DNA of 38,726 nucleotides from Nemertoderma westbladi (lineage: Eukaryota > Animalia > Xenacoelomorpha), in the NCBI GenBank assembly GCA_032718475.1, contig JAUCBJ010007464.1:1-38726 (forward strand), read 5' to 3'. The notes under the pieces are model-generated. The model was not told the DNA's origin. It ran no database searches and saw only the letters and a program-made list of their open reading frames with translations. This document shows positions 12,165-22,519 of this stretch, piece after piece (position 1 is the first letter of the stretch; every line of letters starts with the position of its first letter). The position numbers were made by a program, and so were the translations under genes.

Positions 12165-13755
12165 GACCTTTGCGCAGCATGTGGCGAACTGTAACATTGT
12201 GTAACAATCTGTTGAAACGTTTGAAAGACCTTCGCGCAGCACGTGGCGCACTGTAACATTGTGTAACAAGCTGTTCAAATGTTTAAGAGACCTTCGCACA
12301 GCACGTGGCTTACTGTAACATTGTGTAACAATCTGTTGAAACGTTTGAGAGACCTTCGCGCAGCACGTGGCGCACTGTAACATTGTGTAACAATCTGTTC
12401 AAATGTTTAAGAGACCTTCGCGCAGCACGTGGCGCGCTGTAAGATTGTGTAACAAGCTGTTGAAACGTTTAGAGACCTTCGCGCAGCACGTGGCGCACTG
12501 TAACATTGTGTAACAAGTAGGGCTCGATCGGAGCTCCGGCCTCCGGCTCCGGCTCCGGCCATTTTGGCACCTCCGGCTCCTGCTCCGGCTCCGGTAAAAA
12601 TATTGCCGGAGTTAATTTTTTAATAAAGTATTATATTTCGTGCATATTCTAATCTGAACAATTATTTAACACTATAAGTACTGTAGTACAGCTTCAATGT
12701 CAGTCAAGCTGTCAAGTATAATCTGATAATACTGCAGTATTTACTTAAAGTCAATGACTGACTGACTGTACTGCAGTACTGGTACTGGCCAGCTGGCTGA
12801 CTAGCAGACTATTACAGATAGGCTCTACTTTAAAAAAGTTGTAAATGCAGAAATGCTATGATTGTACACTGTCACACTGTACCACTGCAGCCCTTTACTG
12901 CTGTCATGCCAGCATACTGCTGTACTGTACTGCAGTACTGGTACACGTACGGTAGGCTACCTACAGTACACACCTCTACCACAATTAGACAGTCTGACAG
13001 TTAGTGAGTTAGGTACTGTAGGTAATTTTTAGCCGTCAGCATCAGGCCGTCGCGTCGCCATCAGCGTCAGGCCGTCTGTCCGTGATAAATTAATTACTAA
13101 TTTTTGAATTGAAAATTCGTAAATCTATAAATTGTGAAATTAATTAGACCTACAGTATGATTGATTATGAGCGATTGGCGAACGATAATCACACTTTATT
13201 TTTTTTTAAATAAATAATTAAATTTTTAAAATTTTTGAAAAACTCCGGCTCCTGCTCCGGCTCCGGCCAAATTGTCCAACTCCGGCTCCTGCTCCGGCTC
13301 CGGCCAAATCCCAACTCCGATCGAGCCCTAGTAACAAGCTGTTCAAATCGCGCAGCATGTGGCTTACTGTAACATTATGTAACAAGCTGTTGAAACGTTT
13401 GAGAGACCTTCGCGCAGCACGTGGCGCACTGTAACATTGTGTAACAAGCTGTTCAAATCGCGCAGCATGTGGCTTACTGTAACATTGTGTAACAATCTTT
13501 TGAAACTTTTGAGAGACCTTCGCGTAGCACGTGGCGCACTGTAACATTGTGTAACAAGCTGTTGAAACGTTTAAGAGACCTTCGCGCAGCACGTGGCGTA
13601 CTCAAACATTGTGTAACAAACTGTTGAAACGTTTAAGATACCTTCGCGTTCGCGCAGTATGTGAGATACTAAAACAATCTGTTGAAACGGTTCAAAGGCC
13701 TTCGCGCGGCACATGAGACACTAAAACAATATATTATTGAAACGATTAAGAGGTC
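12163..13755 (+). repeat. 62-bp tandem repeat, split by a hAT MITE
   Basis: Unit GAGACCTTCGCGCAGCACGTGGCGCACTGTAACATTGTGTAACAA.CTGTT.AAA.GTTT.A starts at 12163, 12225, 12287, 12349, 12411, 12472; resumes at 13331 and decays by ~13750. Confidence 0.92.
12518..13330. mobile_element. hAT-type MITE (813 bp)
   Basis: Perfect 16-bp TIR TAGGGCTCGATCGGAG / CTCCGATCGAGCCCTA, exact 8-bp TSD GTAACAAG (12510-12517 / 13331-13338), subterminal (CTCCGG)n. Confidence 0.95.
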
Positions 13756-13799
13756 TATTTATTTTCCATCATAGCTAACACCCCAATTCATGATATTGG

Positions 13800-14014
13800 C
13801 TGAGGCTGATTGAATGGGATAATCTTTTTAGGCTCATTAAGCCAAGGAATGCCTGTTCACCACCATGGATGATATTCTATAGTAAACCTCTTCCATTATG
13901 TTTTCCAAAGTTGCCTTGGTTCCCATTTATCGACCACTCACAAGGACCATCTAGGGATCGAAACTGGGCTTCCTAATTGGAAGCCCAGGAATGTCACCAA
14001 TAGACCAAGCTGCT
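13800..14014 (-). mobile_element. tRNA-derived SINE
   Basis: Minus strand: A-box-like TGGTCTATTGG, B-box-like GTTTCGATCCC, then GGTCGATAAATGGGAACC resembling a conserved SINE central motif; no complete cloverleaf. Confidence 0.6.
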
Positions 14015-14430
14015 GCTTGGTCTAGGGTCTAGCTGCAGCTGTGCTTCTAGCGTAAAACTGTGCTGTACAGCTGCACAGGGTACAGCTCTAGTCGTGCCCA
14101 TATAGCCTTATGGTCGGACCCCTGTACCTTGTTACTTGTGTTACAGCAGTCATCCTCCATAGCATCTCTGCAAACAAAGTCCAATTTTGGAATGTATGAA
14201 TACTGTACATTTCTGCAAAAGCATGGTAGGAATAATGAATTTGGCACAAAAAACATATTTATTGAAAAATGATAGAATTTATGATGGAATTTTATATACT
14301 TACAGGACATTAAAATATTTTTTTTTAATTTAGAAAAGTCCAATTTTGGAGTGTATTCCGATTTCGGAATCTACCCTCGCACAAAGTTCCAAAATTGTAA
14401 TAAGTCCAAAATCGCCTATATCACCGACTG

Positions 14431-14620
14431 CCAGTGTCTGCACCACTGTCTGCACCACTGTCTGCACCACTGTCTGCACCAGTGTCTGCACCACTGTCTG
14501 CACGCTGCACCACTGTCTGCACCAGTGTCTGCACCACTGGCCGCACCAGGTGTCTGCAGTCTGCACCACTGGCCGCACCAGGTGTCTGCAGTCTGCACCA
14601 CTGTCTGCACCACTGTCTGC
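14431..14620 (-). repeat. 12-bp minisatellite, right arm (inverted)
   Basis: (GTCTGCACCA[C/G]T)n, reverse complement of the left arm. Confidence 0.92.
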
Positions 14621-15663
14621 TTAACGTTTACACCCTTAATTTTGGACTGAACTTCCATTTAAATGGCATTATTTTTTTAATTGTTTCCAGGTTACTTGGG
14701 TAGTTTAAAAATTAGCTTAATTATATAGTAGTTTAGGTTAGGCTAAATATTGCTGTTTTACTTTGTAGTACCTATATTTTTTAATTAATCATAACTTTGA
14801 CACATAATACCAAATATACCTATTACCTCATATAAATAGTATTACAAAGACTACCTGTACTTTTAGTGAGGTTTTCTAAATTTGATGTCACTACTGTACG
14901 GCTTACTTTACTACACGTGAAAATGTGGTACATACAGTAAGTACTGAAGTATACAGTAGTTTAGGTTAGTAATGTACAGTAATGTAAATATTGCCATTTT
15001 ATTTTGTAGTATATACTTATTTTTTTAATTAATCATAGCTTGGTTGCTAAGTCCGCAGACCAAAATAGGTACCAGTCTGCCACTGCCAGTCAGCCAGTAT
15101 AGTTACGTAAATACGAATTTATGACCATAACTTGCTAACTTTCTGAACTTCGGTTCGGATTCGGTTCGGTTCGGCCCGAAGTTGGCCCTGCTTCGGTTCG
15201 GTTCGGTTCGGCCCCATAAAGTGCCTTCTGTTGAACCCTACTGAGTCGCAACACGCAATTTCATCACATATAAATTTAAAAAGTCAGTTGACGTTGACCT
15301 ACTACTTACTACTGTACTACTACTACTGCAGTACTGTACTACTACAACTGTACAATACGGTACTATCTAACCATTACTGCAGTACTGTCAGACTGTAATT
15401 ATGTCTGTATGTTAACATTATTATAAAATTTCCTTGCTCACTACGCTCGCATTTTATTGTTAAAATACTGTAGGGCTACAGGCTGTAGCACACAATGCTG
15501 CAATGCTGTACAGTACAGCATAATAAACTAAAATTATTACAATTCAGCAATTACTGCAAAATTTCATAGTCAATTGTTGGCTTGGCGCGCATTGGATATC
15601 ATGGCTGGCGGCCTGGCGCGATTTTCGTTTAACCAGAACGCGTGTGGCGCGCTTTTTGTCAGT

Positions 15664-17651
15664 CAGTCGGTGAGAAGTCAAAAATTGGACTTGAGTCCAA
15701 AATTGGACTTCGACTCCAGTTCAAGTCCAAAATTGGACTTCTGTGAGTCCAATATTGGACTTCAAATCTGCCAATTGTTCCAGGGCCTTGGGTAATTGGA
15801 TCGGGCGGGATTTTTTTTCTTTAATCGAAAATATATCAAAAAATAAGAGTTTTGAACAGGGGGACCTGAAATTCACCAGGGGGAACTTTTTTTATAAGGC
15901 TTTGAATTTTTACAAAAGTCCAATATTGGACTTTAAGTCCAATTTTGGACGTGACATTGAGAATCGAACTTAAAGGTACATGAAGCATGACAGATGAGAG
16001 ACAGCCAGACAGCTGTTAAGTTATGGAAAGTTACCTTTGCAGCTCTGTATGTATCTGCCTGCAGTGTAATGACTGTACTGTACTTAGAATATAATCGTAC
16101 ATTCTAGCATTCTAGGTACTTTGTACTTTACTTTTAGCATATTGTTTAGTTTACAATTTACATTCATGTTATGTCTAACCTTACAGCCTTATGTACCCAG
16201 GACTTTATAGTGTCTTTAGGACTAGATTAGATTATGCTCCAACAAATATTTAATTACAAATTATATTTGTAATTATTATATTATATATTATATTATATTA
16301 TATTATGTAATTATATATTTGTATACTGGTAGCAATGCCAGGTTAGCCAACTGCAGCTGCTGCTAAGGCTAACTACAGTACAAGCTACGATTTCGTCTAA
16401 GGCTATGGGAGCCCTATCAGAAAGAAATACTACAAGTTGATGCTACCACCATCGCTTCGAATTTTTCAATACAATAGGAAGGGGTATTATAAAACGGCTG
16501 GATAACAGGATAATGAAATGGGATTAGTAACTGATTAACGTGTTGGGGTCTCCACATAATAAGTACAGAAGTAACAAGTAACACACGTCATAATCATAAA
16601 CCAATTGAGGGAAAGGAACAGGTTACAGAGGCAGGCTTTTCTAACTAAAACAATAAACGGCCACTTTTGACTTTACCAATTGAAGGAGCCCTATAACCTC
16701 ACCACATACTACTACTACAATCGGCATGATTCATTGCAGGTGCATTATATATAGGCCCTATTATGTATTAAGAATGCTGTGCCGGCTTGTTGACAAAAGT
16801 GCGCCTCCACAACTCCCTTACACACTTACAGCCTTACACCTTATCTTATCACCCATGACATTTGCTAGATCATCCGCATCTTCAAGGCCAGTGTCCTTTA
16901 AGACAGTAAGAAAGATGCCTCTCAAGAAAGTCATGGGCTGTCCACCATGCTTATTCACTCCATGAGGTGCACTGGCTGGTCCTCACGGCTTAAAGCGATG
17001 TCCTGCAAAGCGGAGGCGGCGTTGTTCTAGTGTCAAGCTTGGGGGAACCAATGACTGAATGAGACACCTCCAACTCCAATGTTATATAGTGTCTGGTTGG
17101 AGATGCAGAGATGTGTGCATTGTACTTGTACTTGACACAGTGAACCTAATCAAAACAATTAGTCAATAAACATTAACTCAATAACATAATAGGTTACAGT
17201 TTACAGTAGTCTTATTTTTGCCATACGAAAATACCACAGGCAGACAGGTATGGCAGTATGGGTATGAATGAACAATACAGCTATAACTCAACTACGCTAC
17301 CGCGGTATACACCGCTAAGGCAGTAAGGCTACCGCAAAGCTATACCACTACCGCAAAAAGTAACTACTGATGTCTGACTGTACAGCTGTACGTGTGCGAT
17401 CCCTGTTTATACCGGTAATACATATAATAATTAATTTGATCATTAAAATAATGTTGCATTGTAATTATGTAATATATATGTACTGATGCGGGATGCAGTT
17501 TTGATTTAAATACCGATATACAGATATACAGTATGCCAGCATGGGTACACTTGGAGTTGTACTAAAGTCCAATATTGGACTTTGGAGTCCAAAATTGGAC
17601 TTGAAGTCTAAAATTGGACTTGAAGTCCAATTTTTGACTTCTCACCGACTG
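15664..17651. mobile_element. non-autonomous DNA transposon with 5-bp TSD
   Basis: Perfect TIR CAGTCGGTGAGAAGTCAAAAATTGGACT and its reverse complement; TCAGT duplicated (15659-15663 / 17652-17656); subterminal palindromic AGTCCAA(A/T)ATTGGACT repeats. Confidence 0.88.
16768..17146 (-). mobile_element. decayed RTE LINE 3' fragment
   Basis: Homologous to 21252-21607, with many short duplications and indels. Confidence 0.88.
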
Positions 17652-18912
17652 TCAGTATTCCATATAGGTGTTGTAGCACTGTAGCTGTAGGCCTACTTCA
17701 GTAGGCCTATTTCTGTATTTCTGTATTTCAGTACACAATAGCTGAGTACTGGAGTAGGGTAGGCCTAACTTCACCTCAACTCATAGTCAGCTTTCAGGTT
17801 CAGCAGGCTGAGGCTGGAGCAGCATACTGACATAGCAGCATAGGCAGATAGGCAGGGCATAGGCCAGTAGGCTGATACAGTCTGACAGTAGGGTATGATA
17901 CAGTTCAGCAGTTAGACTGCATACTGGCAGACTGGCATATATATTTAGATACCGGTATTCCTTCCAATATTCCTATCTGCCTATTACTGTGGGCCTATTA
18001 CTGTATTACAGTCAGACAGTATTATAAATACTGAAATATAAACTGATAAAAGGTAAAAAGAACTTCAGACAGTCAGAACTTAGACTGTTAGATAGGCCCA
18101 AACTGCCAAAAGCTAATCTGCTAACTGGCTAAGTACTGCAGTGCTGCAGTGCAGTAATAGTGAATAGGCCTGTCGCTGCCGGTACAGTCAGACAGTACAG
18201 CAGTAAGAGACTGACAGAGTAGGGTAGGCCCATGGATAGGCCTAATGACTGAATGAAGAATGAAGCATGGGAGCATGGCATTCTGGCATTATAGGTTATA
18301 CTGGCTTGTGGTCCGCGGTCTGGGCTACTGCAGTACTGGCTGACTCCCTGGCTGCAGACTGGAAATGCAGAAAATTCAATGTATCCAATCATGCCTAATT
18401 TCTTTCAATTTACGGCAGATGTATGTACTGTACAGTAGGCCTATACGAATAAATACTAGTTAGTTAGGCCAGGCTACTATATAGTATGAAAAGTGATGAT
18501 CAGCTGGTTTCATTTTCACTACACTTATGGATGGATATACCTACTAAACTAAACATTGAGATGAATGGTGATGATTTTGCTGATTTTGGAGGCCGGATCT
18601 GCCGATGAACCGCGATGATGACTCTTTGACGCCCCTTACCGGCCAGAGCCAAAATTTGCAATTTTTACTTGAAATGCATCTCCTTTGTTATGCTTTATTT
18701 ACAGAAGTTGTATCCTTTTTTGAATCAGCATGGCCGATTACGTGAAAAAAACCGAGCATAATTTTTGTTTCGTACTTTTCTTCATGGAAATTACCGCTAT
18801 TTTTCAAAATAATTTTCAAATTTTCATAAAACATTTATAACAGATGAACAATTGCAAAACTAAAAAACTGCTCGAATTATATAGTATTACGCGCAAGTAG
18901 AAGGGTCTTGGT

Positions 18913-19143
18913 CCTCTCGGCGACAGTTGGACCACACTGACTGGCGCCAGACTGTCTGGGTGACACCTCCAAATTAGGCTAATTACACCCTAATTGACCC
19001 GTATCATCAATTAATTAGTACAATTAAACCATAATAGGTGTCTTACGACTCCTAATTAGGGTTTAATTGATTATCCTAATTAATCAATCCGATACGCAAT
19101 GGTGTCAGTGTTGTCTAACTGTCACCAAGCCGGCGCAAGAGGG
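18913..19143. mobile_element. small degenerate MITE
   Basis: GGCGACAGTTGGACCACACTGAC (18919) vs inverted GTCAGTGTTGTCTAACTGTCACC (19104), 3 mismatches in 23; CCTCT / AGAGG ends. Confidence 0.55.
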
Positions 19144-19579
19144 TGTCATAAGTGACACCGCAGCTCTTTTATTTATTAATACTTATTTATTTGTACTTAA
19201 TTTTAATTAATTATTTGTATTTAATTTTAATTTATTTAATTGTATTTATTTTTACTTTATTTATTTGTACATAATTTTAGATTTACCAATAATTAGTTTT
19301 ATATATTGGTTTCTAAATGACCTCATTGACTTTCATCTCGTTATACTTAGCTATAGGGTATACAGCTCCCTTACTGGTAACTAATTACTCTTATCTATAT
19401 CCAGACAGCTTTATCGTTTACCTTTGACCCCCAATTAGCTTTAACCAAGCCAGAGCTTATTAATAATAGTTGTATCCAAGCGCCCCGCCCCCCTCTCGTG
19501 ACACCTCTGATTACTAATTACTCTTACCTATATCCAGCCGCCTGCAGTTCCATAGTCTGCCTCTAGAGGGCGTATTGTA

Positions 19580-21607
19580 TGTGCCTATACTGCCTTCACA
19601 GGGGCAGTTAAGTTAGCAGCTGCAGAAACAGTTCCTGTATACCCTCGAAACAGGAAACGGGCCCCCTGGACTGACAACAAAATTCAGAAGTGCCGAAATC
19701 ACCTATACAAGGCGCAGAAAGAGTCCCGACTCAAACAGACTACAGCGGCCGAGAATACAGTTAAGGCTGCATCTAGGTCCCTGAACAGGCAGTACTCTGT
19801 TAATTTACAGGAGCTAATAAACCAACAGGTTGATGCCATCAATGATGCTGACGACAGCAGGCAATCATCCCAGGCATGGAGATCGATCAACTTGCTTGCT
19901 GGTCGAAAAAGCCAACCAACCACCAAGGTTAAGGCTGAATCACCAACCGATCGCCTCAATGGTTGGAAGGCCCACTTTGAAAAGCTCCTCAATAATGACA
20001 GGGTATTGCCTGATAACTTTATAGAAGTAAAAGTGTCTGAGTCTGTACTCCCAGATATTCCCATTGGTGATATCTCCTTTGCAGAAGTGAAGGCTGCTGC
20101 AAAGAGCATTAAGACCAATCGTGCCAGTGGAGTAGATGGTGTTCCCCCTGAGGTCTTTAAAATACCTGAGTGTTTAAAGCTCATCTATCCCATCATAGTA
20201 GACATGTACCGAACAACAAGAGTCTCACAAGAAATGAAAACAAATAAGTTGGTGCCAGTTCCCAAGAAGGGCAACCTAACACTCTATGGTTCTTTTCGGG
20301 GAATCTCATTGATCTCGATTGCTGCAAAGCTATACAATAGAATTCTATTAAATCGCATCAGGGATCCCATTGAGAGACTGCTCCGTGGAAATCAGAATGG
20401 GTTCCGTAAAGGTCGTGGGACCATGGAGCCCATTTTGTCACTTAGAAGGATAATTGAAGAGTTATCAAAAAAGAAAGACAGGCATCTGGCTGTTATCTTT
20501 GTTGACTTCTTCAAGGCCTTTGATTCAGTCTCTCGCTCACGTATGTTCAGCATACTTTCATTATATGGGATTCCTGATGAAATTATTGCAGCAATCAGAT
20601 CAGTATACGATGGTTCGACAACATTTGTGTCTACTGTTGACGGTGACACAGAACCATTTGAAGTGTTATGGGGCGTCCTCCAAGGAGACACACTTGCACC
20701 ATTCTTGTTCATAATTGTTGTTGACTATGTTCTACGCATGCATGTCCTTAGATCATCATAATGATGATGGGGTGATGATAAACTCCACCTACTGGCTCCA
20801 GAAGTCGGGGAAATCCTGCCAAGTACCTAACTGATCTAGACTTTGCTGATGACTTAGGAGTACTCTCAGAATCACTAGAATGCTGCTTCTAGTGTTGGTC
20901 TTTTTGTTAACTCCAGAAAGACCAACGTTTTGACAGTTAACTTTGAAAGTCCTCAGCAAGTCTCTGATCGGATGAGCATAAGCTCAAAAGATGGTATGCT
21001 TGAGCATGTGCATGACTTCTGTTACCTGGGATCATGGATCCGGAAGTCAGGTGAGGACCTTCGAATACGTAAGGGAAAGGCATGGGCAGCCTTTCCAGGA
21101 TTTGGAAGTCACCGAGAATTACTCGGACACTTAAGGTCCGATTATTTAGAGCAGCAGTAGTTCCAGTACTCCTCTATGGGAGTCCATGCTGGGCTCTAAC
21201 TGCTGAGGACACCAAATCTCTGGATGGCACATTCACAAGAATGCTACGCCGGGTTCATTGTGTCAAGTACAATGCACACATCTCCAACCAGACACTATAT
21301 AATGTGACACTAATATAACTATATATAGAATGTATATAGTGTCTCATTGGTTCCCCCAAGCTTGACACTAGAACAAAATCGCCTCCGCTTTGCAGGACAT
21401 TGCTTTCGCTGTGAGGACCAGCCAGTGCATAATCTTGTACTTTGGCAGCCTCATGGAGTGAATAAGCATGGTGGACAGCCCATGACTTTCTTGAGACGCA
21501 TCTTAAAGGACACTGGCCTTGAAGATGCGGATGATCTAGCAAATGACATGGGTGATAGGGAGTTGTGGCGGTGCAATTTTGTCGATAAGCCGGCACAGCA
21601 TTCTTAA
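19580..21607 (+). mobile_element. 5'-truncated, frameshifted RTE-clade LINE (reverse transcriptase pseudogene)
   Basis: Open frame 19556-20761 with RASGVDG, PKKG, FRGISL, QNGFR, FVDFFKAFDSV, GVLQGDTLAP; LDFADD ending 20853 after a frameshift; FCYLGS, LLYGS, RFAGHC; no endonuclease domain seen. Confidence 0.94.
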
Positions 21608-21620
21608 AAATGCAGCTGCA

Positions 21621-22508
21621 ATGCAGCATGCCGATCCTAGTAGTAGTAGAGAGATGGCCAAGAGAGAGGCGAATGAGTGTAGAGAGCGGGCTGTGAGGGA
21701 AGCAGAAAGGGTTGAGAGGGAAAGGATGTTAGCGAACCAGAATGTGGAGAGAGAAGAAAGGGAAAGGGAAGAGGTTGGAAATCGGACGCGAGATAGTTGT
21801 AACCATACGCACAACCAACTCCAGGAATTAATGCAGTATCAGGCAAAACAAAAACGCCGATCAGAACTGGCGAACATGGGTTTATCTGAGAGCGATGTTG
21901 GTTCAGGTAGTATATATGAGGGAGCAAGTGTGATGGAAAGTTTTATTAATACCCCACTAAGTGAAACCAGACGGCAGACAGGTGACTGGTGGAGGGGGGT
22001 AATAACATTACTTACAGTAACAACGCTAATAATACCGTATGGGATAACCCCAATATTAATGACCAGAGTGCCAACACCGGAAGAGAATAGAGGGTCAGCG
22101 AATATCTACGAGGCCGTAGAACTGGGTAGGGGACGGGGCAGTCACTCCGTAATCGTCCAAACGAAGGAACGTCGAACCCATGTGGAAGATGGATGGAGAA
22201 CAGTAGCATTCATCCAGGAGGTCGAAATGGGATCTCATGAATGTGGATATGATGCCAGGAGTGGACAACGTGAGGAAAGTGAGAGGATTACTCGAGGTAA
22301 CATTTCTATGAGCAACTGGAGGAGTCGAAATAGGATAGATAGCGAACCGTCGATAGTCGAAGTAGAGGAGGGAAACTGGTGGGGCCGAACTTCGGGAGAT
22401 TGCCGTTGCCCTGAAGAAACACAGCCTGGCGATGTATACTGCACAGCGGGAGGAGGGTATAGGATATACCGAGAGAATGAACGAAACGAGATGATGAGAG
22501 GGGAATGA
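21621..22508 (+). mobile_element. purine-rich open frame, possible LTR-retrotransposon Gag N-terminal fragment
   Basis: E/R-rich coiled coil followed by an S/G-rich linker, the same layout as the BEL Gag at 33040-33450; wedged between two LINE 3' ends; no diagnostic domain. Confidence 0.35.
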
Positions 22509-22519
22509 AGAGAAACTTC

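Larger units (their letters stand above)
11904..14635. mobile_element. Mutator/foldback-type element with tandem-repeat arms
   Basis: TIR GAGTGTAAACGTTAAGCAGACA / TGTCTGCTTAACGTTTACACCC; exact 9-bp TSD TTAATTTTG (11895-11903 / 14636-14644). Confidence 0.88.
11700..15240. mobile_element. hAT-type non-autonomous element (interrupted)
   Basis: TIR AAGGGCTCAACAGAAG / CTTCTGTTGAACCCTA (2 mismatches), subterminal (TTCGG)n at both ends; TSD degenerate (TCGCAA present on both sides). Confidence 0.75.
11188..17662. mobile_element. degenerate outer DNA element hosting the nested insertions
   Basis: Same-orientation TGGCGCG clusters at 11228-11298 and 15582-15652; GCTCGCT(A/T)CGCTCGC motifs on both sides of the inserts; termini match only weakly (TGGAAT / ATTCCA). 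Confidence 0.4.

Noticed and set aside
13950-14014. Functional tRNA gene
   Set aside because: A and B boxes present but no proper acceptor stem; continues into a SINE-like body.
11881-14703. Cys/His-rich ORFs resembling metallothionein or keratin-associated proteins
   Set aside because: Products of the 12-bp and 62-bp repeats, open in several frames at once.
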